NCBI GenBank assembly: GCA_963755915.1
Contig: CAVWLP010000003.1
Location: 576,001-640,000, forward strand
Direction of reading: 5' to 3'
Origin: an uncultured Phycisphaerales bacterium
GTDB lineage: Bacteria > Planctomycetota > Phycisphaerae > Tepidisphaerales > Tepidisphaeraceae
DNA: 64,000 nt
In this document: piece after piece, positions 1 through 8,915 of the stretch
Layout of the letters: the number at the start of each line of letters is the position of its first letter
Numbering within the stretch: the first letter of the stretch is position 1
Made by a program: the position numbers and the translations under genes
Notes under the pieces: model-generated
The model's database searches: none
Seen by the model: the letters and a program-made list of their open reading frames with translations, nothing else
Told to the model about the DNA's origin: nothing

Positions 1-2
1 TC

Positions 3-176
3 GCCGAAAATCAGTCGAATTGGGATGCGGCGCGACAACAGTATCAGGCCATCATCAGCAGTGATGCATCGCAGCCGTATAAGGATTATGCGAAGAAGAG
101 AATGGATTTGCTGGGGCAATTGGAAAAGCCCGCGGCGGTCGATTTTTCCGCGAGCACGCAACCGACAACAAGATAA
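3..176 (+). CDS. 3' end of a TPR-like (YfgM-like) protein, partial
   Basis: Open frame AENQSNWDAARQQYQAII...YAKKRMDLL...STQPTTR* runs in from the window edge. Helical TPR-like pattern plus an STQP tail. Confidence 0.5.
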   Translation, partial: AENQSNWDAARQQYQAIISSDASQPYKDYAKKRMDLLGQLEKPAAVDFSASTQPTTR

Positions 177-230
177 TTGTTTAGCCGCGACCCGCAGGGA
201 AGCGCTCCCCTTCGGGTCGCGGCTAAACAA
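177..230. repeat. REP-A doublet (inverted pair) upstream of RAYT-1
   Basis: TTGTTTAGCCGCGACCCG (177-194) and CGGGTCGCGGCTAAACAA (213-230) form a perfect 18-bp inverted repeat. Confidence 0.9.
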
Positions 231-250
231 AACAGGTTATCATTGTCGTC

Positions 251-838
251 ATGGTGATCGGTTATCACGTCATCTTTTCGACGTACGGATTCTGGTTACC
301 CAATGACCCGCGCGGCTCCTGGTCAGAATTCATCGGCAAATGGGAACTTCTCCGATTTGGCCCCGCGACCAAAACAAATGTTCGGAAGTCGGTAGCCCGC
401 GTCCAGCACGACTCCGCCCGCCGCACTGCAGCCAAGGCCATGCTTCGGTATCCACCAGTAATGTTAACCGGAATTCAAGCCCGCGCGGCTGGCCGCGGTT
501 TCACCCGATACGTCGAAAAATCGGGATTAAAAGTGTACGCCTGCTCGATAATGCCTCAGCACGTACACATGGTCGTCGGCCGCCTCTCGTTCGACGTTGA
601 ATACGCGGTAAATCAGTTGAAGGGCTCCGCAACTCGGCAGCTTCGCGCCGAGAAAATCCATCCACCGTCGGCATGCTGGGTTCGCGGACATTGGAGGGTG
701 TTTCTCAACACACTCCATGATATAGAACGTGCTATACAGTACGTCGAACGAAACCCCGAAAAGGATGGTTTACCCCCCCAACGGTGGCCCTTCGTCCAAT
801 TGTTTAGCCGCGACCCGCAGGGGAGCGTTCCCCGATGA
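251..838 (+). CDS. REP-associated tyrosine transposase (RAYT / Y1 HUH family)
   Basis: N-terminal YHVIFSTYGFWLP, HUH motif IMPQHVHMV, catalytic-type IQYVERNP. Flanked on both sides by the same hairpin repeat. Confidence 0.85.
   Translation: MVIGYHVIFSTYGFWLPNDPRGSWSEFIGKWELLRFGPATKTNVRKSVARVQHDSARRTAAKAMLRYPPVMLTGIQARAAGRGFTRYVEKSGLKVYACSIMPQHVHMVVGRLSFDVEYAVNQLKGSATRQLRAEKIHPPSACWVRGHWRVFLNTLHDIERAIQYVERNPEKDGLPPQRWPFVQLFSRDPQGSVPR
800..833 (+). repeat. REP-A copy
   Basis: TTGTTTAGCCGCGACCCGCAGGGGAGCGTTCCCC, same unit as 177-210. Confidence 0.9.
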
Positions 839-1884
839 CTGACGAAAGCGCCAACCCCGACGAGGCCATCAACCCAGAAGAATCCGACATCCTCCACTTC
901 CAATTCCGCGCCACCAAAACCCAGGTCCGGCGCATCGACCAGTTCCTCGTCGATCGCGTCCCCTGGCTCTCCCGCAACGGCGTCCAAAAACTCATCGACA
1001 ACGACCTCGTCACCGTCAACGGCAAGCCCACAAAAGCCAGCTACAAGATCAAAGCCGGTGATTTTGTCCAAATGGTCGCCCCGCCCGAGCCCGTCAATGA
1101 TCTGATCCCCGAGGCGATTCCCCTGGAGATCATTTACGAGGACGAGCATTTCCTGGCGCTCAACAAACAAGCCGATCTGATGGTCCACCCCGCCCGCGGC
1201 AAATGGACCGGAACGCTCGTCAACGGCCTGGTCCATTACGGACAAAAATGGAGCACAATCAACGGCGAGTGGCGGCCGGGAATTCTGCACCGGCTCGACC
1301 GCAACACCACCGGAATCATGCTCGTCGCCAAGAGCGACGAAGCCCACTGGCGCATCGCCCGGCAGTTCGAGAGACGAACGATTCAAAAGAAATACCTTGC
1401 CATCGTGCACGGCACCCCCGAGCTCCTTTCAGACGTGATCAACATGCCCATCGGCAAGGACCGCTATGTCCGCGAAAAGCAGGCCGTGCGTAAGGTCGAA
1501 AACGGCGGCAAGGAGGCGGTAACGATTTATGAGGTGCAACGGGTTTTTGGCAACCCGCCGGGCCATTCGCTGAAGCCGAGTTCGTTTGCGGTCGATCAGA
1601 AACTCCCACCGCCCCCCCAGCGTTTTTCGCTAGTCAAACTTTCGCCCAAAACAGGCCGAACCCATCAGTTACGCGTTCACATGTCCGCCCTCGGTTGTCC
1701 CATCGTGGGCGACACCATGTATGGCGGCCGCATTTTCGAGGCCCAGGGCTTCCAAATGCAGCGGCAGGCCCTGCATGCCCATGAAATCACCTTCATGCAC
1801 CCCGGAACACTCAAGGAAATGACGCTGACGGCGCCGATTCCGCAGGATATGCGGACCCTTCTGGAAATGCTGGAAAATTTGTGA
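835..1884 (+). CDS. rluD: RluA/RluD-family pseudouridine synthase
   Basis: S4 domain (RIDQFL...SRNGVQKLI), HRLDRNTTG catalytic motif, TGRTHQLRVH, RQALHA. Confidence 0.9.
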   Translation: MTDESANPDEAINPEESDILHFQFRATKTQVRRIDQFLVDRVPWLSRNGVQKLIDNDLVTVNGKPTKASYKIKAGDFVQMVAPPEPVNDLIPEAIPLEIIYEDEHFLALNKQADLMVHPARGKWTGTLVNGLVHYGQKWSTINGEWRPGILHRLDRNTTGIMLVAKSDEAHWRIARQFERRTIQKKYLAIVHGTPELLSDVINMPIGKDRYVREKQAVRKVENGGKEAVTIYEVQRVFGNPPGHSLKPSSFAVDQKLPPPPQRFSLVKLSPKTGRTHQLRVHMSALGCPIVGDTMYGGRIFEAQGFQMQRQALHAHEITFMHPGTLKEMTLTAPIPQDMRTLLEMLENL

Positions 1885-1960
1885 TGGCCCTTAGTTTCCG
1901 CCCGAAAAAGACATATAATATTGTGTGGTTCTGTCCGTTATGCCTTAAACGAGGATCGAA

Positions 1961-2324
1961 TGCATCTTGCTCTGGCTAATATCCTGGGACCGTATCTTGA
2001 TAACTGGATTCTCATCGCCATCGTGGCGCTGCTGTTGTTTGGCAAGCGTCTTCCGGAAGTGGGACGAAGTCTTGGCAAGGGCATTGTGGAGTTTAAAAAA
2101 GGTCTCGCCGGGATCGAAGAAGATGTGACCCAGTCGATGGATCAGGCGGGAAGCAATCGGACGGCTCTGCCGACTAGCTCCAACACGAACACGGCTGGAT
2201 ACAAGTTTGACCCGTACACCGGCAAGCCAATCGGCCAGCAGGAACCTGCGCGGCGCAGATGAGGTTCGATCCATATACGGGTAAGCCAATCGGAGAGCAG
2301 CAGTCGACCACGACCAATCAGTGA
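1961..2324 (+). CDS. tatA: Twin-arginine translocase TatA/E subunit (probable 1-nt frameshift near 2250)
   Basis: LLLFGKRLPEVGRSLGKGIVEFKKGL. The called ORF stops at 2262, but a second FDPYTGKPIG repeat continues in another frame to TGA at 2322-2324. Confidence 0.8.
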
Positions 2325-2330
2325 GCCGCC

Positions 2331-3062
2331 ATGCGAAAGGAACTCTTGCCTTCGCGATTCGCTCGAGCCGCCGGCGCCGCGGTGGTGGCGCTGGTACTGG
2401 CAGTATCCATCAATTGCACTTACGGAGCGGTCAATCAGCGGGCCCTGCTTGCCCAGCGTCTGCCCGCCGCAAAGCTCGATAACATTCCATTTTCCGATGC
2501 GATCGATTTTCTGCGCGACATCGCCGGCGTGAATATCCACGTCGACTGGAAGACGCTCCAAGCGGCGAACATCACCAAAGACACCCTAATCAATCTCAAC
2601 CTTCACGATGTCTCAGCCCAGAAGGTTTTGAACCTGATTCTCACCGAAGCCGGGCCCGGCGATGTGCTGACCTATTACATTGACGAAAACGTGATCGAGA
2701 TCACCACCCGCGCCCAGGCGGATTCGCAGATGATTACCGTGGTCTATTACGTGCAGGACCTCTTGCAGCCCAACCCGTCGTTTAATTACACGATCTCAAA
2801 CATCAACAGCGGCTCGGCACAGGTGACCGGCGGCGGAGGCGGCGGCGGAGGCCAGTCCCTGACGACCGGCCAGAACGGCCAGCAGACCCAGACGGCCGAG
2901 CAGGTCGGCCAAAACCTCATCAAGCTCATCGAAACCGTCGTGCGCCCGGAAATCTGGCGTGACAACGGCGGCCAGGCAACGATGGATATCTGGAACGGGA
3001 ACCTGATCGTAACGGCGCCAAGGTCCGTGCAGGAATTGATCGGCGGGCCTGTTGATCAATGA
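2331..3062 (+). CDS. Secreted protein with secretin N-terminal/STN-like domains
   Basis: Signal peptide; pattern IPFSDAIDFLRDIAGVNIHVDWKTL...YYVQDLL...LIETVVRPEIWRDNGG...LIVTAPRSVQELI. Confidence 0.6.
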   Translation: MRKELLPSRFARAAGAAVVALVLAVSINCTYGAVNQRALLAQRLPAAKLDNIPFSDAIDFLRDIAGVNIHVDWKTLQAANITKDTLINLNLHDVSAQKVLNLILTEAGPGDVLTYYIDENVIEITTRAQADSQMITVVYYVQDLLQPNPSFNYTISNINSGSAQVTGGGGGGGGQSLTTGQNGQQTQTAEQVGQNLIKLIETVVRPEIWRDNGGQATMDIWNGNLIVTAPRSVQELIGGPVDQ

Positions 3063-3066
3063 AAAT

Positions 3067-3169
3067 TGCCACAGATCGAAATCAGATTCACACAGATAAA
3101 ACTCTAAATCGCGCTTCGAAGCTCGGATTTGCGGATTTATCTGCGTGCATCTGCCTTTGATCTCTGGCA
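3067..3169. repeat. Imperfect long inverted repeat (CACAGAT...ATCTG-type miniature element)
   Basis: TGCCACAGATCGAAATCAGATTCACACAGATAAA pairs imperfectly with TTTATCTGCGTGCATCTGCCTTTGATCTCTGGCA. Confidence 0.7.
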
Positions 3170-3179
3170 GATTTATCTT

Positions 3180-3989
3180 ATGGCTACTGAATTGGCAATC
3201 GTCGGCGCCGGGGTAATGGCGGAGGCAATCGCACGCGGGATCATTTCGGGAAAAAAACTGAAGCCCTCGCAAATGATCGCCGCCGATGTTTCGGCGCAGC
3301 GCAGGGAACTCTTTACGTCAGAGCTGGCAATCGCGGCCGTAGAGAAAAGTGCCGAGGCAGTAAAAGGCGCGCGAATGGTTTTGCTGTGCGTCAAGCCCTA
3401 CCAGATGCAGGAAGTCTTAGGCGAAATCGCGGGGAATCTCGGGTCAGCGGCACTGGTGATTTCCATCGCCGCCGGGATCAGCACGGCGTTTATCGAGAAG
3501 GCACTGGGCGGCAAACCGCGGCGAGTGGTGCGGGCCATGCCCAATACGCCGATGCTCGTTGGCGCGGGAATGGTGGCGATCGCCGCCGGGCCGAACGCGA
3601 AAGCCGAAGATTTAGCTACCGCCCGCGGACTCTTTGAATCCAGCGCCAAGGTGATCGAGGTAACTGAAGAGAAGATCGACGCCGTGACGGCCGTCAGCGG
3701 CTCCGGACCCGCCTATTTTTTCTTTCTGACGGAGCAATTGATCGCCGCGGGAACCCAGATGGGCCTGACCGCCGAAGAAGCGCGAACATTAGCGATTCAG
3801 ACTGCCGTCGGGGCCGCCAAGATCATGGGGGCATCCGATGATTCCCCGGCCGAGCAGCGTCGCCTGGTAACGACGCCCAACGGCACCACGCACGCAGCGA
3901 TTACACAAATGGAGTCGCAAAGATGGCCGGAAATTACGATTGACGCGTTGAAGGCTGCACAGAGGCGGAGCCGCGAATTGGGGAAGTAG
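3180..3989 (+). CDS. proC: Pyrroline-5-carboxylate reductase
   Basis: IVGAGVMAEAI, VISIAAGI, VRAMPNTP, TAVSGSGPAY, VTTPNGTT. Confidence 0.95.
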   Translation: MATELAIVGAGVMAEAIARGIISGKKLKPSQMIAADVSAQRRELFTSELAIAAVEKSAEAVKGARMVLLCVKPYQMQEVLGEIAGNLGSAALVISIAAGISTAFIEKALGGKPRRVVRAMPNTPMLVGAGMVAIAAGPNAKAEDLATARGLFESSAKVIEVTEEKIDAVTAVSGSGPAYFFFLTEQLIAAGTQMGLTAEEARTLAIQTAVGAAKIMGASDDSPAEQRRLVTTPNGTTHAAITQMESQRWPEITIDALKAAQRRSRELGK

Positions 3990-4027
3990 GCTCTAAACAG
4001 GCACCCGCGATTTGCAACATCTCTCCC

Positions 4028-4055
4028 GTTTAGCCGCGACCCGAAGGGGAGCGCT
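4028..4055 (+). repeat. REP-A copy between convergent genes
   Basis: GTTTAGCCGCGACCCGAAGGGGAGCGCT. Confidence 0.85.
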
Positions 4056-4098
4056 TTTCCCGTTCTTGAGCAATCGTGGTCCCCACCTCCGCCGATCT

Positions 4099-4323
4099 TC
4101 AATTCATCCCACACGGCCCCGGCCCCCCGCACCGCCCGCACATCCCAGGTTCGGAAGCCGCAGACTTACTCGTTTCCGAAGCAACGGCAAAAACACTCAG
4201 GTTGCGCGAAGTTTGTTTCGACCCGCATTTAGGGCAATCAATCTTTTCTGAATTGGACATCGACTTAACCAGTCGCTCGAACCGGCTATCGCACGACTTG
4301 CAGGTGTATTCGTAGATGGGCAT
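4099..4323 (-). CDS. FmdB-family zinc-ribbon protein
   Basis: MPIYEYTCKSC...CPKCGS. Confidence 0.85.
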   Translation of the reverse strand: MPIYEYTCKSCDSRFERLVKSMSNSEKIDCPKCGSKQTSRNLSVFAVASETSKSAASEPGMCGRCGGPGPCGMN

Positions 4324-4403
4324 CCCAAGATTGTAGCCGACATCCTCCCAAATTCTCTACTCAGCCGTTCTACTTCAATTGGCAATCGGCAATCGCTATT
4401 CCC

Positions 4404-5827
4404 TCACCCCCCCCACTCCCCACAATATCCGCCTGCGGCTGCGTCATCCGCATCGGGTCGAGCGCCTTTTTGAGATCGGCATCGCTGAGCACCTTCTTTT
4501 CCATCGCAACCTGCCTGACCGTCTTACCCGTCTTCAAGCTCTCCTTGGCGATCTCAGCCGCCTTGTCGTACCCAATCAGCGGCGCCAGACTCGTGCACAT
4601 GGCCAGCGACTGCTCCACAAGCGCCGCGCACCGCTCCGCGTTCGCCTCAATGCCTGACACGCACCGATCCGCGAAAACCCGCGCCGCGCGCGAAAGCAGA
4701 TCGATCGATTGCAGAAGGTTGAACGCCATCACCGGCATCATGACGTTCAGCTCAAACGTGCTTCCGATCGCCGCGGCAAACCCAATCGTCGCATCCTCGC
4801 CGATCACCTGCGCCGCCACCTGCAGCACCATTTCGCTCATCACCGGATTCACCTTCCCCGGCATGATGCTGCTCCCGGGCTGCGTAGCTGGAATCGATAT
4901 CTCCCCCAACCCGCATCGCGGCCCGCTCGCCAGCCAGCGGATATCGTTGGCGATTTTCGTCAGGCTCACCGCGATCGTTTTCAGCAACCCGCTCGTTTCC
5001 ACGATGGCGTCCTTAGCCGCCTGGCATTCGAAATGGTTCTGCGTCTCCGACGAATTCGATCCCGGTTTTCTGCGCAATGATGGCCGCCGCTTTGGAAGCA
5101 AACTGCGGATGCGAATTGATCCCCGTCCCCACGGCAGTTCCCCCCAGCGGAAGCTCCCGCAGCGCGTGAATCGCCTTCATGCACCGGACCGCGCCCAGTT
5201 TGGCCTGGTGCGCGTAACCCCCCAGTTCCTGTCCAAGGCGGATGGGCGTCGCGTCCTGCAGATGCGTCCGGCCGATTTTCACGATCGAGTTAAACTGGTC
5301 CGATTTGTTTTGCAGAGCACACGCCAAATGCTCCAGCGCCGGCATGAGCGACTCTTTGATCGCCATCGCAGCGCCGACGTGCATCGCCGTCGGAATCACA
5401 TCGTTGGAGCTTTGCTGCATGTTGACGTGATCGTTGGGATGGATCGGCTCCTTGCCCCCCCGATTTCCCGTCGCCAGCTCATTCGCCCGCGAGGCGATCA
5501 CCTCGTTGGCGTTCATGTTTGTCGAAGTGCCCGACCCAGTCTGGAAAATGTCGACGACAAACTCCGAATCGAGCTTCCCATCGATCACTTCCTGCGCGGC
5601 CTGCTTGATCAGTTTCGATTTGGGCTCGTCCAGAAGATTCAAATCGCGATTGACCTCGCGCACGACCATTTAATCAGACCCAATGCCGCGATGAATCGCC
5701 GCGAAAATCGCAGATTCGAAATGGGAAAATTCTCCACGGCCCGCGCCGTTTGTGCCCCGTAATAGGCGTCCGCCGGGACGCGCATCTCGCCCATGGAATC
5801 TTTTTCGAGTCGGGTGGATTCGGGCAT
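4404..5827 (-). CDS. fumC: Class II fumarate hydratase (frameshifts near 5665, 5050 and 4410)
   Basis: [59 protein letters not shown] spread over three ORFs. One extra G in the G8 run restores the stop at 4404-4406. Confidence 0.9.
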
Positions 5828-5842
5828 GGGACCTCCTTGCGA

Positions 5843-7953
5843 TTATCTCGCGGCGAATTTCTCCAACTCCACCGCCACGCGCTCCACCACTTCGTTGTAA
5901 TCGCCAAACGTACTCTGGCGGAACAGCCGCACCGAGGGATACCACAGGCTCGTGTCCCCTTGAAGCAGCCAGCGGAAATCCGGCGTGAACTGAAGGAAAG
6001 CCCAAACCGGCAGCGACATCGCCCCGGCAAGATGCACAATCGCCGTATCAACGGTAATGATCAAATCGAGATTCGGAATCATCGCCGTCGTATCGGCAAA
6101 ATCGCCGATCATCGGCGTGAAGTCGATCAGGTTCATCCCCTTTGGCGGATCCGCAATCTGCTGGGCCGGAGGGCCGAACTGGAGATTGTAAAAATCAGCA
6201 TCCACGCGCGTCAGCGGCGCAAAGCTCTTTAGCGTGATCGACCGGTGCCGGTCGTTTTTGTTGGTCTTACTCCCCGCCCAGGCGATCCCGATCTTCAGCT
6301 TCCCGCCCGGCGTAAAGCGCGTCCGCCACTGGTCCGCCAGGGACGGATTGGGCTTGATGTAAGGCGGCTGCACCACGTCATGATCAACCGCGGGATTCAG
6401 CTTCCCGAGCAGCCAAGGAAGGCTCATCAGCGGAATGTGCATGTCGAACGGAATCTTCGGACCCGCCTTCGATTCGCGCGGAACGATCTCGATCCCAGCC
6501 AGAATATCCGTCTGCTTAAAGAGCCGAACGAGCTCCCCCTGCACTTCCAGGATGATCTTGCCCCCCTTTCTGATCACCATCGGAAGGAACCGGCAGAAGT
6601 GGATCGAATCCCCCAGCCCCTGCTCCGCATGAATCAGCAGCGTCTTGTCCTTGAAATCCGATCCATCCCACAGCGGCTTGGGAAAACGGTCCCACGAATT
6701 GAAATAGTTCGGCAGCTTCATCCGCCATTCGTATTCGCGCCACCCTTCCTCAAACCTTCCCTGCACCAGAAGCATCAGCGAAAGATCCTTGTGTGCCTCG
6801 GGGAAATCGTGACGCAGCTCGATGGCCTTGTGGCACTCCCCGATCGCCTCGTCGTATCGCCCGGCCAGGTGCAGCGCGGTCCCCAGGTTGATGTGCGCCT
6901 CTTCCATGTTCGGCTGCATTTCCACGGCCTTCTGGCATATCTCGATCGATTCCTGCACCCGCCCAAGCCCGCGCAGCGCATTGCCCAGATTTCCGTACGC
7001 CTTGGCGAAGACAGGCCGGATTTCGATCGCCCGCCGATAAAGCGCGACGGCTTCCTCCAGCTTCCCCTGCTCCTGGTAACAGTTACCGAGGTTGTTGATG
7101 GCATCCGGATGATCCATCCGCTGCTCGAGTGCTTTCTTGAAGCACTTGATCGCCCCCTCAACATCGTTCTTCTCCTGCAGCGCGTTGCCGAGGTTGTTGT
7201 ATGCATCCGGATTGATCGGCTGAACCTCGATTGATCGCCGGCAATAGACGATCGCTTCATCAAACCGCCGTTTGCTCTGAAGGGCGTGACCGAGATTGCT
7301 CAATGCCTCGGGATAATTCGGCTTAAGTTGAAGCGCTTTCTGGTAATACTCAATCGCCTCATCGACCCTGCCCATGGCATGAAGTCCGGCGGCAAGGTTG
7401 TTGTACCCCTCGGCAAAATCCGGCTTGAAGGTGATGGCCCGGCGATGCGCCGCGACCGATTCCTCCTGCCGGCCCAGCGCGTGCAGCGCGTTGCCCAGAT
7501 TCGTATAAGCGTCCGCATATTCAGGCCGCAGCGCGATCGCCTTGCGATGATTTTCAATCGCCTCCTCAAATCGCTGCAACACAAAGCAGACACTTCCCAG
7601 GTTGATATAGGCTTCGGGAAGATTGGGATTCAGCTCGATGGCCCGCCGGCAGCAGGCGAGGGCCTCATCGTATTGCCCCATCTCCCGCAGCAGATGCCCC
7701 AGGTTGGCCAGCGCCTCCGAATAATTCGGATTCAGCTCGATCGACCGGCGGACATGCTGAACGCCTTCCTGCCGGCGTCCCATCTGGAAAAGAATGACCC
7801 CCAGCATGTGCTGCGCCGCGCAAATTCCGGATGGTTGGCGACGATCTGCCGGTAGATGTTTTCCGCCTCGCGAAGCCTGCCGGCGCGGTGGTGACCCACG
7901 GCAATGTCCATCGCCTGGGGAACGGTAACTCGTTGGGTGGTGTTGGTCTGCAT
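5843..7953 (-). CDS. TPR-repeat protein with C-terminal GT-B (GT9-like) glycosyltransferase domain (frameshift near 7820)
   Basis: Numerous EAYxNLG TPR repeats, then WREYEWR, AEQGLGDSIHF, IGIAWAGS, DLIITVDTAIVHLAGAM, WYPSVRLFRQ. Confidence 0.85.
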
Positions 7954-7970
7954 GAAACTCCAAAGCAACT

Positions 7971-8722
7971 TTATTCGACGGTGTTTCCGCCGTTGACCGA
8001 TATCTTCTGCCCCGTGATGAACGCCGCCGCATCGGAAGCGAGAAACGCAACCGTTTCCCCAACTTCCTTCGGAATACCCATCCGCTTCAGCGCCGTCCGC
8101 GACGCGTAGTCTTCCATCGCGCTGGCGGCTATCCCCGCGTGGCGCTCGGTTGGAATCCATCCGGGCGAGACAATGTTAACCGTAATCCCCCACGGCCCCA
8201 ATTCGCGCGCCCACGACCGCGTGAGGCCAAGCTGAGCCCCCTTCGCCGCCACATAATCCGAAAACCGGCCCAGCCCCGCCTCAAAAACTTCCGACCCGAT
8301 CTGAATAATCCGCCCCCATTTCCGCTCTTTCATCCCGCCCAGCACCGCGCGGGTAAGGATCAGCGGGCTTTTGACAAAAAATTCGAGCTGATTCAGGCAC
8401 GATTGCCAGGTGATCTCCTCGATCGGAAGCATCGGCTGCGGACCCGTCGCGTTGATCACAAGGATATCGATCGGCCCCAGAGCTTTGCTAACCTCGCCGA
8501 TGAGACGTTCCACCTGCGATTCATCCCGGACATCGCCGCGAAAGGTCTGCGCGATGCCGCCGGTTTTGCGAATATCGGCCGCAAGCTGATCCGCCTTCTG
8601 CGGCGAAGCGAAATAATTGATCGCCACCTTAGCCCCCGCGCGGCCAGTGCCCGGGCAATGGCAGCGCCCAATCCGCGGGATGCACCCGTCACTAACGCCA
8701 CTCGGTTTTTCAGCTCGTCCAT
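7971..8722 (-). CDS. SDR-family oxidoreductase (frameshift near 8635)
   Basis: VALVTGASRGLG, YVAAK, ITVNIVSPGWI, FITGQKISVNGG. Confidence 0.85.
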
Positions 8723-8789
8723 GCTCGCTCAATGGAAAGCCGAATCCTAGCGGCAGACCGGGCGAGGCTCAAGAATGAGAAGAAATGGG

Positions 8790-8875
8790 TAGTGGGTCAG
8801 TTTGATCTCGGAACGCCCACGGCGCCGCCGTGGGGAAATTTCAAAGTCGTTACTGCGCTCCAAATTGACCCATTA
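8790..8875. mobile_element. MITE-like element with terminal inverted repeats enclosing a REP-B hairpin
   Basis: TAGTGGGTCAGTTTG (8790-8804) and CAAATTGACCCATTA (8861-8875) are 13/15 complementary. Internal GGAACGCCCACGGCGCCGCCGTGGGG at 8810-8835. Confidence 0.7.
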
Positions 8876-8915
8876 ACAAGAAATACCCACCAAAGCCGGA
8901 AATGCGGGGCTGACG

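Noticed and set aside
4376-4400. GGCAATC heptamer doublet after fumC, and GATTCTCAA doublet near 41405
   Set aside because: Too short to distinguish from common low-complexity intergenic repeats.
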